Counted from the first letter of the stretch, positions 23,905 to 33,683 are shown. The stretch is 55,260 nucleotides of DNA from Minisyncoccota bacterium (GCA_035548815.1 DASZSF010000004.1:1-55260), one strand, 5' to 3'. The notes: a model not told the origin generated them from the sequence alone. Numbers and translations: made by a program.

Positions 23905-23942
23905 AAAAAAAGTCGGGAGGGAGGCATCGCTGCCGCTCTCCC
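23905..23942 (-). terminator. Rho-independent terminator of GC-rich cassette B
   Basis: Minus strand: a GGGAGAGCGGCAGCGATGCCTCCCTCCC hairpin is followed by GACTTTTTTT. It lies 9 nt after the 23951 stop. Confidence 0.7.
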
Positions 23943-23950
23943 AACGCACC

Positions 23951-24481
23951 TCATCGAAAGAGGCGTTGTCTCTGCTTCAGGTCCTGGCACCCCTGGTCAC
24001 AGAGCTTTTGGTCCCACACGCATTCCATGTGGCCCAGCCGCATGCACCAGTTGCCGCAGACCTCGGGGAAGAACAAGGCGTAGTAGCGCGCCTCGCTGCC
24101 CGTGACGCGCCGAGCAGTATACATCCGCATCTTCTTGGTGGCGTTGCCCCATTTGGCGAAGTCCGACGCATCGACGATGACGTTTGGCGCCACGCCGTGA
24201 GCTCCGAAGAGCATGCGCGTTCCGCGCCAGCCCGGAAAAATCTGCGCCTCCGTGTACTGCCTGAGTTTCACCTTGCGGCGAAATTCGTCGGCGACATCCG
24301 GGTCCGGCGCCATCAGATCCCGGAATTGGCGAAGCGCATCTTCAAGGCGCACCCCGTTCTTGTCGTAAGGCTCAAAGCCGGGCCTGTACCAGTGAAAGAA
24401 GTTGTCCTTCCCCACTGCCGGCTCGGCCAGAAGCGCCAACCCTCCGGTTAGGAAGGAGCGCCGGCTCAACAACACGCTCAT
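23951..24481 (-). CDS. Hypothetical exported protein with a twin-arginine (Tat) type signal, Cys-rich C-terminus, cassette B gene 2
   Basis: The ATG at 24481 is preceded by the SD GGGAG. MSVLLSRRSFLTGGLALLA matches the S-R-R-x-F-L Tat consensus. GC3 is high. Confidence 0.6.
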   Translation of the reverse strand: MSVLLSRRSFLTGGLALLAEPAVGKDNFFHWYRPGFEPYDKNGVRLEDALRQFRDLMAPDPDVADEFRRKVKLRQYTEAQIFPGWRGTRMLFGAHGVAPNVIVDASDFAKWGNATKKMRMYTARRVTGSEARYYALFFPEVCGNWCMRLGHMECVWDQKLCDQGCQDLKQRQRLFR

Positions 24482-24485
24482 GCGT

Positions 24486-25163
24486 TCACTCCCTTCCGTA
24501 GACGAAATAGACAAGTGCTCCTCGCTTGCCCTGGTTGATCAGGTCCTCCAGATGGCTGACGCCCGGGGCGCTGCCCGGCTGGGCAATCTTGGTGCTCTGC
24601 CATCCCGCGAACTTCCCGTTTGTGATCGGGGGGTTGTATTTCGTAGGAATGTTGAGCTGGACTGCCACCATGGGTGACATGTTCCGTTCCCGCCGGAGAG
24701 CCATGAGCGGTTCCCGCGGCACCACCAAGGTGACCTGGCCGTTGACGACCGGGCCGTTTGTCGCCCTGGACTTTGACCTGGCGATGGTTGAAACCACCAC
24801 CTTTGACCACCCTCCGTCCGCTTGGACCAGCACGCTGCCCATGCAATACGCATTGCCGATGAGATACGGCAAGTGCAAAGGCAAACGCGTCGAATGGACG
24901 TTGAGGTAGTAGGTCAGAGTCATCGGGCCGAAGTAGCGCCCAACCGTGTCGAACAGCACCTGGCCGGCGCCGTTCGGGTTATCCATGACCGCATTGTAGG
25001 CTCGCGCCCCGTCTGCGACCACGAGCGTGTCGATATGGAAGCTCTGCGCGTCGTAGCGCATAACCTCTCCTGGGCGGCATGAAGGACCAGGTGCAGCTTC
25101 CGCCACACCGAGCATACTCAACACCGCGCCCGTAGCCGCAAGCAACATACGCCAATTCAACAT
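24486..25163 (-). CDS. Hypothetical secreted protein (225 aa, Sec signal peptide ...GVAEA/AP), cassette B gene 1
   Basis: The ATG at 25163 is preceded by the SD GGAGAG. Its stop lies 4 nt before the next start, indicating operon coupling. GC3 is roughly 70% versus roughly 50% in the neighbouring sortase gene. Confidence 0.6.
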   Translation of the reverse strand: MLNWRMLLAATGAVLSMLGVAEAAPGPSCRPGEVMRYDAQSFHIDTLVVADGARAYNAVMDNPNGAGQVLFDTVGRYFGPMTLTYYLNVHSTRLPLHLPYLIGNAYCMGSVLVQADGGWSKVVVSTIARSKSRATNGPVVNGQVTLVVPREPLMALRRERNMSPMVAVQLNIPTKYNPPITNGKFAGWQSTKIAQPGSAPGVSHLEDLINQGKRGALVYFVYGRE

Positions 25164-25311
25164 GGCACTCTCCTGGTTCTCCTGGTTCTGATCTATGTGT
25201 TAGTGTGCTTCATGAGCCTGAAGGCCACATGAAGAGACATACCTTCCACCATCCCGGCTGTGAGGCCGGGTTGCGAAGGCGTACCCGTGCGCCTCGCTAT
25301 TTTGTATAAAA

Positions 25312-25974
25312 TTAGTTCGAGGCGAGCGAATACGCTCCCACAAAATCAGCAGTAACAACAAAACGATCGCTCTTTGTTGCAAACGAATTGCATGTCACGA
25401 GCGTAAGATGTTTCCCTACTGGATTGAGCTCGATAGAATCGTCGTTTGCGTTCGCAGCTTTGACCTGCACAACCGCGTAGCGATATTCTGTGCCGCCAGA
25501 GTAGACGCTAACAGTCTGACCCGGTTTGAGCTTTTGGATATCGTCAAAGGTCTTGTACGCCTGGTTGTGCACCACGGGCAAATAACTGCTGTGGCCGAAC
25601 AACAAGACCGTACCATCAACTCCAAGCATCGCGCTTGTCGGATACCGGACAGCTCCATTCATAAGAGCCTCGTCGAGCACATCAACATCCACAGATGACG
25701 GATTTGCTATGGTCGCATCAAGTCCAATCTCCGACGCAATAATGCGTACAGGGACTTCGGGACTATTTGATACTGAGGCTGGTGCCGACCCGCTTACAAC
25801 CGGCTCGCTATGAACGGACGGATGTATCGGGTCAGGCGTAGCCCCAACGCTCATTAAAAAGAGGTAGCTCAATAGGAAGATAACGACAAACGCGGCTGCG
25901 AATGAGCCGCGATGGTCGTGAATTTCGGCTATTGCTCCCCTGTTGCGCGTTGCCATAGAATCTGTCGACACCAT
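25312..25974 (-). CDS. Sortase family transpeptidase
   Basis: It has an N-terminal membrane anchor, the catalytic His in LLFGHSS, the catalytic Cys in the HLTLVTCNS (TLxTC) motif, and a downstream Arg (SDRFVV). The start is ambiguous: TTG 25998, ATG 25974 or ATG 25956. Confidence 0.8.
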   Translation of the reverse strand: MVSTDSMATRNRGAIAEIHDHRGSFAAAFVVIFLLSYLFLMSVGATPDPIHPSVHSEPVVSGSAPASVSNSPEVPVRIIASEIGLDATIANPSSVDVDVLDEALMNGAVRYPTSAMLGVDGTVLLFGHSSYLPVVHNQAYKTFDDIQKLKPGQTVSVYSGGTEYRYAVVQVKAANANDDSIELNPVGKHLTLVTCNSFATKSDRFVVTADFVGAYSLASN

Positions 25975-26004
25975 ACAGTGTAGAACAAAACTTGTCAACT
26001 AGGA

Positions 26005-27141
26005 TTACGCCTGGGTGCGCAATTCGATCTGCGAAAGGATGAAGGGGTCGATAGGATCAACGACTGCCTTGGTTTCCCTATGGAGGTCTGAGTGGCTGGT
26101 ATGAGCAACGATATGGTCGGCAGACGTGTGGACATGAGTGTTGTGTGCATTTGTGTGGGTCTCGGAAGCTACTTGTGCATGAGACGCGTCGCCGAAGAGG
26201 AAGGTTACGAATTTGTTCTGGATACGCTTGACGACAATGAGGTATGCCGCAAAGAGGCACCAGAGGATGAGGAAGCCCCAGTAGGCAATAGTTCCCCATA
26301 CTCCAAGATCAAGACCGGTGTACGGCAACGACGAGAGTGTAACGTACGGGTTGTTTCCAACTGCGACCGGACCACCAATGATGACCGGGTACGAAGCCGG
26401 AGTGTTCGTGTAGTAACCCGAACCGCCGTAGATGACAGAGCCTGAACCCTGGGTCGTAGTCTGCGTAATAGTCTTGTTGCAATTATTCGTGCCATTGCAT
26501 GCATTGACGTTGGTCGTGCCAGTCGTCCCGTACTTCGGATATGTCGCGGTCGGATAATACGTCGAGCCGTAGTAGCCAGATGTGCCGTAGTAGCTCGAGC
26601 CGTATCCATAGGTACCGTAGTAGTACGGAGTGCCGTAGTTGTAGGAACCGTAGGTAACAGGAGTTGCTACATATCCGCCAGTTGAAGTGTAGACAGGAGT
26701 GGTAGAAACTGGAGAATATGTTGCGTAGTCAGTGGTGCCGTAGCTCGGAGAATAATTCGCGTAATCCATAGGGCTGTAATTAGCGTAGTCGTATGAAGGC
26801 GAGTAGTTTGCATAATCCTGGCTTGCAGGAGAGTAGTTTGCGTAGTCTTGAGTCGTAGGAGAATAGTTCGCAAAGTCCTGCGTTGAACCTACCGGGGAAT
26901 AGTTGGCAAAGTCAGAAGCCGTAGTTGCTGAATAGTATGCGTAATCTGCTGAACCAGCTGACGGAGAATAGTTTGCATAATCAAAACTACCACCACTTGG
27001 AGAGTAATTTGCATAATCTCCATCATCATCTGCATGTGCAGCAAATGGAGCTACGAAGGCAGCTGCAAAGACCACAAAGACAAGAAGTCCTGCGACAACT
27101 GTGGTATGTTTCTGTGCGATTGACGTGGTTTGCATAAGCAT
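26005..27141 (-). CDS. Tyr-rich repetitive surface protein ((D/F)YANYSP repeats) with an LPYTG sorting signal and a long His-rich tail after the membrane anchor
   Basis: A signal peptide is followed by about 10 DYANYSP-type repeats and a Y/G/T/S-rich region. LPYTGLDLG (26314-26328), a TM helix and KR come next, then about 70 further residues. Confidence 0.7.
   Translation of the reverse strand: MLMQTTSIAQKHTTVVAGLLVFVVFAAAFVAPFAAHADDDGDYANYSPSGGSFDYANYSPSAGSADYAYYSATTASDFANYSPVGSTQDFANYSPTTQDYANYSPASQDYANYSPSYDYANYSPMDYANYSPSYGTTDYATYSPVSTTPVYTSTGGYVATPVTYGSYNYGTPYYYGTYGYGSSYYGTSGYYGSTYYPTATYPKYGTTGTTNVNACNGTNNCNKTITQTTTQGSGSVIYGGSGYYTNTPASYPVIIGGPVAVGNNPYVTLSSLPYTGLDLGVWGTIAYWGFLILWCLFAAYLIVVKRIQNKFVTFLFGDASHAQVASETHTNAHNTHVHTSADHIVAHTSHSDLHRETKAVVDPIDPFILSQIELRTQA
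26710..27018 (-). repeat. Tandem degenerate repeats encoding (D/F)YANYSP units
   Basis: aa 42-144 read DYANYSPSGGSF DYANYSPSAGSA DYAYYS... DFANYSP... DYANYSP... DYATYSP. Confidence 0.8.
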
Positions 27142-27187
27142 TCAATTATTTTTTAATTACTCATCTGGTTACACAGACGGGGTTCTC

Positions 27188-27201
27188 TCACGAGAGCCTT
27201 T
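27188..27201. repeat. 14-bp direct repeat TCACGAGAGCCTTT, copy 1
   Basis: Identical to 27655-27668. It lies 47 nt upstream of the 27141 start on the gene-sense strand. Confidence 0.7.
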
Positions 27202-27309
27202 TTATATACCTTTTGAAGATATACAACCTAGGCGTGCATGAAATTTGTTCACCGGGAGGAGTCAGGATTAATCCTTTCTCCCCCCGTTGAACGGTAGTCG
27301 TCGGCCAAG

Positions 27310-27597
27310 CTACTGCTTGGCTTCGGCCTCCACGACGGGGCAGCCCTGGTAGATCACCAGGCACTGCCTGTCGCCCGGGACGGCCGGGTTGGCTCGGCAC
27401 CTGGACTGGTCGACGTAAGGGCGGCCGCCTTCGGAAAGGCACCGGTCCCAGCGGCCCTGGTTCGACAGGCCGGTGTTTCTGTACACCGTACCAGTCTTCG
27501 GGTCGGTGATGTTCGGCGCCCGGTTCTGTTGGGCGAAAACATTCATCGAGAAGACCAGGCTGCCGACGAGGGCGACGGTTGCGACTTTGACGAACAT
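27310..27597 (-). CDS. Hypothetical small secreted Cys-containing protein (95 aa), cassette C gene 2
   Basis: The ATG at 27597 is preceded by the SD GGGAG, and a signal peptide MFVKVATVALVGSLVFSMNVFAQQ follows. The track ORF starts at an upstream GTG. Confidence 0.6.
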   Translation of the reverse strand: MFVKVATVALVGSLVFSMNVFAQQNRAPNITDPKTGTVYRNTGLSNQGRWDRCLSEGGRPYVDQSRCRANPAVPGDRQCLVIYQGCPVVEAEAKQ

Positions 27598-27654
27598 TGA
27601 AGGTACTCCCTGTGATAGAAACGATTTGAACGAATGCACTCTCAGTGAAGCTAT

Positions 27655-27668
27655 TCACGAGAGCCTTT
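27655..27668. repeat. 14-bp direct repeat TCACGAGAGCCTTT, copy 2
   Basis: Identical to 27188-27201. It lies 58 nt upstream of the 27597 start. Confidence 0.7.
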
Positions 27669-27721
27669 CTAAACATCTCAACCGAGATGTACAGCATAGG
27701 CGCTTGCGAAAGAGTGGTACC

Positions 27722-27748
27722 GGCAGGTGATGAAATTCATCACCTGCC
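27722..27748 (-). terminator. Perfect 13-bp palindrome between the cassette C genes (terminator or attenuator-like)
   Basis: GGCAGGTGATGAA-A-TTCATCACCTGCC lies 23 nt after the 27771 stop. There is no strong T-run, so its function is uncertain. Confidence 0.4.
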
Positions 27749-27770
27749 GAAACCGAGGTTTGCGAAGAAC

Positions 27771-28301
27771 TTACTTGATGTCCTCGAACTTGCGGTTGAA
27801 GCCGCCGTTCGAGGCGGGGCCCGGAGGTGGCAGGGGCACCGGCGTCGCCGTCGGTCCCGGCGGTGCCGGGGGCGTCGCCGGAGCGGCCGTCGTCGGAGCT
27901 GCGGCCGGAGCCACCACTTGCGTGGATGAGCTCCAGGGAGCCCACCAGAAGAGCCCGAGGACGACAGCCGCGATTGCGGCGGCGATTGCGGCGGTGGCGA
28001 CAACCTTTCTGCCCAAGTTCGGCCCGTTCCCTTGCGGGTTCGGATCCGCCTGCCGCTGCTGCGGCGCCGGCGCGGGGGCCGGATCCGGGTGGTGGGCGGC
28101 GTCGTCGCGATTGACGACCTGCGCCAGACCCATGTCGACCGTCTCCGGTTCGACGTCCGTGACACCGGGCCTCACGGGCCCAACGTCTCGCGTCTGCCGG
28201 GTGTAGCGGGGGTCCTGCAGATCCTGCTCGCTGGCACGAAGCCAGCGGGGCTTGTTGACGACGGGCCCCAAACCGAGGGGCATATTGCCTGCGTTAGCCA
28301 T
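27771..28301 (-). CDS. Hypothetical single-pass membrane protein with a Pro/Ala/Thr-rich extracytoplasmic tail (176 aa), cassette C gene 1
   Basis: The ATG at 28301 is preceded by the SD GGAAGGGA. It has a TM helix VVATAAIAAAIAAVVLGLFWW. I chose this frame over overlapping alternatives because of the promoter, the SD and the TM helix. Confidence 0.5.
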   Translation of the reverse strand: MANAGNMPLGLGPVVNKPRWLRASEQDLQDPRYTRQTRDVGPVRPGVTDVEPETVDMGLAQVVNRDDAAHHPDPAPAPAPQQRQADPNPQGNGPNLGRKVVATAAIAAAIAAVVLGLFWWAPWSSSTQVVAPAAAPTTAAPATPPAPPGPTATPVPLPPPGPASNGGFNRKFEDIK

Positions 28302-28388
28302 GATGGCATTCCCTTCCTGCTGTTGACGAAGAATCGACTTCCTTGTGACAAGGCCTGTAAAAGCCTTATTTCACTTGGTACATTTGCT

Positions 28389-28417
28389 ATTATACGCCTA
28401 AAGGCAGAGCTTGTCAA
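28389..28417 (-). promoter_or_regulatory. Consensus sigma70 promoter of cassette C (TTGACA-17-TATAAT)
   Basis: Minus strand: TTGACA is at 28417-28412, a 17-nt spacer follows, and TATAAT is at 28394-28389. Confidence 0.6.
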
Positions 28418-28448
28418 GTACCCCCAATAACGACATAAAATACCATCC

Positions 28449-28477
28449 TTGACAAGCATTTTTGGCTATGGTAGGTT
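28449..28477 (+). promoter_or_regulatory. Promoter of the CARDB-like gene (TTGACA-17-TAGGTT), predicting a leaderless mRNA
   Basis: The -10 ends 6 nt before the ATG at 28484, and there is no SD. Confidence 0.45.
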
Positions 28478-28483
28478 GCCGGC

Positions 28484-29593
28484 ATGACAACTACATCAGG
28501 GACAACCGCGAAAGACCGTGTTTTGCGCATTATAGCCATTTTTGGCCTTATTGTTATTTTGCTTTTGGGCGCATGGGGCATCATCCAGATAGCCTTCGCG
28601 CTCTATGGTTTTTTGGGTAATACCGATTCAAACACATCGGCCACCAAACAGGAGACCGTCCTCGTAACTGCGCCTTCGAGTGTCACCTCTGGCTCGCCTT
28701 TTAATCTTTCCTTTACGCACCAAAATGCGACTGGCAACTACGCGTACGACATTTCGTACTCATGTGCTGCTGGTTTGAGCATCCAGGCCCCCCTTCCTAC
28801 AGGCGCATTGCAGAATGTCCCCTGCAACACCCCATTCAATTACACTGGCGCAACTGCCAATATGGCATTGACCCCGACCATCACCGGCTCGTCCCCTATC
28901 TCGACCACCTTTACTGTTGCAGCACGCAACTTGGCATCGAACAAGACAACCGCAAGCGCAACTGCAAACACCACGGTTGTTCCGGGCACTACGAAGTCTT
29001 CAACCACAAGTTCAATCTCTGGCACCACGACCACCAAGCCTAAGCCGACAACCACCTACGTTCCAGCACAGCGCGTGCAGACCCTCTACGGTTCTCCTGA
29101 CCTTGCAGTTTCTATCACCACTGTGTCAGGCGGCAATGGTCAGTATTCTGCAACCTTCACTATCCAGAACGTCGGCACGAACATCACTCCATCAAATTGG
29201 ACGTTCAACGCATGGTTGCCGACAAGCGCGGGCTACACCTACACGTCGGCACCTCAGCAGGCGCTCCGCCCGGGTGACAAGATTGTATACACACTTTCAT
29301 TCAACCTTGGAAGCTCGTACAACTACACCAACTATCAGTACGGAAGTGGGTATTACTACTACCCGACGAACTGCGGATACACGTCTAACTACACCTACAA
29401 CGGTGCATACAGCTACCCTGGCTACAACTACAACTGCACTCCGCAGTACACCAACTCGTACAATTACAATACTTATCCGTACGGCCAGTACCAGCCGACA
29501 TACGGCGGCACGATGACTATCACCGTTGATCCGAACAACGCTGTGTGGGAAAGCTCAGAAGCTAATAACACCGCAAGCGCAACGCTTCGCTAA
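28484..29593 (+). CDS. Membrane-anchored surface protein with a CARDB-like domain and a Tyr/Asn/Gly-rich insert
   Basis: It has an N-terminal TM helix. PDLAVSITTVSGGNGQYSATFTIQNVGTN ... TITVDPNNAVWESSEANNTASATL resembles the CARDB fold signature. The Y-rich stretch is SSYNYTNYQYGSGYYYYPTNCGYTSNYTYNGAYSYPGYNYN. Confidence 0.6.
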   Translation: MTTTSGTTAKDRVLRIIAIFGLIVILLLGAWGIIQIAFALYGFLGNTDSNTSATKQETVLVTAPSSVTSGSPFNLSFTHQNATGNYAYDISYSCAAGLSIQAPLPTGALQNVPCNTPFNYTGATANMALTPTITGSSPISTTFTVAARNLASNKTTASATANTTVVPGTTKSSTTSSISGTTTTKPKPTTTYVPAQRVQTLYGSPDLAVSITTVSGGNGQYSATFTIQNVGTNITPSNWTFNAWLPTSAGYTYTSAPQQALRPGDKIVYTLSFNLGSSYNYTNYQYGSGYYYYPTNCGYTSNYTYNGAYSYPGYNYNCTPQYTNSYNYNTYPYGQYQPTYGGTMTITVDPNNAVWESSEANNTASATLR

Positions 29594-29603
29594 GCGAACA
29601 AAC

Positions 29604-29628
29604 AAAAAGCCCCCGAGAGGGGGTTTTT
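29604..29628. terminator. Bidirectional rho-independent terminator between convergent genes
   Basis: AAAAA-GCCCCC-GAGA-GGGGG-TTTTT. Confidence 0.8.
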
Positions 29629-29639
29629 AGTTTCTAATA

Positions 29640-31802
<2,163 letters not shown>

Positions 31803-33683
31803 TTAGCGCACCTCAAAGCCTTTCTCCACCAAAATACGGCTTATTTCCTGCATAATTTGGTTGACTTCTGCTTCAGTGAGTGTTCTTTCAAACGATTGGA
31901 AAATAAGGCGGTAACCGAGCGATGTTTTCTCGCCTTTTTGAAAGCGGTCGAAGAGCGAAATGCGGACGCAGAGCTCCCCTGCCTTTTCTTCAATCTCCTT
32001 CATGACCACATCTTCATCAGTGCCAGCCGGCGTCCAAAACGCAACATCGCGGACAATGTAGGGGTAGCGTGAGAATGTTTCGTATCGTTCAGCATCAGAA
32101 AGCGGATGGGCGTCGTATGATTCTGCAGCAATTGGTTCGAGCACGCGTTCAGCAGCAACTCCTTTCGCATCTACAGTTGCAATATGCGTCTCCTCTGTGC
32201 CGCCCACCCACACCACGCCAATCTCAAACAGCTTCACTTCTTTCAAGCCAAGGAGATCTTTGTTGGGTTGATTTTTTTGCCACGCATCCAAGAGGCCTGT
32301 CTTCAAGTCGCTGCGCAAGTGCGGTTTGACTCCATCAACTTTATTCAACACAGTGCGTTCGCCGCTTTCAGCAAAGACGCTCGTAAATACTTCTGAATAT
32401 CCTTGTGCAATGAGTTCTTCGCGTGCTTTTTCTGCTGCATAAAACCCCGCATTGATTTCAGACTTCTTCGGAAATGGCGGGAGCGGCGTTGCAGTGATTT
32501 TATCGTAGCCAATGATACGCCCAACTTCTTCAATCAAATCTTCTGCGATTACCAAATCGAGGCGCTCAAATGGCGGCTGGACTTCAAATACTCCTGATTC
32601 TTCTTTGTATGAAAATCCGAGACGCTGAAATACATCAGCAACATCAGCACCAGTGAGTTGAACGCCGAGTACGCGGTTTATCTGTTCGAGCGTTACCGAC
32701 ACATATGTTTGTTCCTGCTTTTCTGGATACACGTCAACAGTACCTACAACTTCGCCGCCCGCTACAGCAAGAATAGTCTCAACTACTTGGCGCATTCCGT
32801 AGAACGCAAGCTCTGGAGAAATGACTTGCTCAAAACGCGCAGATGCGTCAGTGCGAAGTTTAAGAGCAGATGCGGTTTTGCGGACAGACACACCGTCAAA
32901 ATTCGCTGACTCTATGATGATGTCTGTTGTGGTATCAGAAATCCCAGCCGGCATGCCTCCTTTGACGCCTGCAATGCCTATCGCTTCGTCTTTGTCAGCG
33001 TCAGCAATAACAAGCATGCTCTCGTTCAGCGTGTACTCTTTGCCATCAAGGGCGAGCATCTTCTCACCCACCTTGGCTGGGCGAACTTCGATTGCATATG
33101 CGCCATCCTTGTGTACGAGCTTTCCTGCATCAAATGCGTGCAGCGGCTGCCCTAAGTTGAACATGACCATGTTGGTCGCATCGACGATATTGTTGATAGA
33201 TTTTTGTCCTATCGCTTCAAGACTATTATTAAGCCAATCTGGACTTGGACCAACTTTCACGCCCTTCATATGAGTCGCGATGTAGCGTTTGCAGAGAGGG
33301 GTCTTAATCTCGACTGAGACTCCAGCATTAGCTGCCGGATTCGGGTACGCAGATTCCTTGCTAGGAATCTGCTCAGTCCTCGGGCCGTCGCCCTGTGGAG
33401 CCCCTCCCTCGGCACTAATGCTTTCGTTTCCTCTAGCAAACGGGTCGTGCGGCACGTTCATCGGCATTTTTAAGATCGCCGAGAGTTCTTTTGCTATGCC
33501 GCGATGGCACAAACAATCGTGACCGCGGTTAGGCGTCACTTTTACATCAAGAATAGAATCATCGCCATGTGCTTCAACGCCGTCTATTTCAAACGCATGG
33601 AATGTCAGCGCATCAGAAACCTCGCCCACAGGCGGAAGTTTTTTATCAAAATAATTATTAAGCCAGTTATAGGAGACTTTCAT
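31803..33683 (-). CDS. pheT: Phenylalanine--tRNA ligase beta subunit
   Basis: The ATG at 33683 gives MKVSYNWLNNYF... It lies 4 nt after the pheS stop. The track ORF is extended upstream. It contains the in-frame palindromic element. Confidence 0.88.
   Translation of the reverse strand: MKVSYNWLNNYFDKKLPPVGEVSDALTFHAFEIDGVEAHGDDSILDVKVTPNRGHDCLCHRGIAKELSAILKMPMNVPHDPFARGNESISAEGGAPQGDGPRTEQIPSKESAYPNPAANAGVSVEIKTPLCKRYIATHMKGVKVGPSPDWLNNSLEAIGQKSINNIVDATNMVMFNLGQPLHAFDAGKLVHKDGAYAIEVRPAKVGEKMLALDGKEYTLNESMLVIADADKDEAIGIAGVKGGMPAGISDTTTDIIIESANFDGVSVRKTASALKLRTDASARFEQVISPELAFYGMRQVVETILAVAGGEVVGTVDVYPEKQEQTYVSVTLEQINRVLGVQLTGADVADVFQRLGFSYKEESGVFEVQPPFERLDLVIAEDLIEEVGRIIGYDKITATPLPPFPKKSEINAGFYAAEKAREELIAQGYSEVFTSVFAESGERTVLNKVDGVKPHLRSDLKTGLLDAWQKNQPNKDLLGLKEVKLFEIGVVWVGGTEETHIATVDAKGVAAERVLEPIAAESYDAHPLSDAERYETFSRYPYIVRDVAFWTPAGTDEDVVMKEIEEKAGELCVRISLFDRFQKGEKTSLGYRLIFQSFERTLTEAEVNQIMQEISRILVEKGFEVR
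33338..33410 (-). repeat. Second copy of the ~73-nt palindromic element, in-frame in pheT (encodes EGGAPQGDGPRTEQIPSKESAYPN)
   Basis: The reverse complement aligns with 10339-10412, with about 6 substitutions and 1 indel. The stem is CAGATTCCT-AGCA-AGGAATCTG (33350-33371). Confidence 0.8.

Noticed and set aside
27727-28206. Several overlapping ORFs in all frames of the GC-rich cassette C (27727..28206 +, 27740..28165 -, 27827..28114 +, 28032..28430 +), and likewise in cassette B (23966..24451 +, 24526..24909 +, 24478..24846 -).
   Set aside because: High GC keeps many frames open. I kept only the frames that have a promoter or SD, a start codon in context and a signal peptide or TM helix. The others are Arg/Pro/Gly-rich shadows. 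The frame choice for 27771..28301 remains the least certain.
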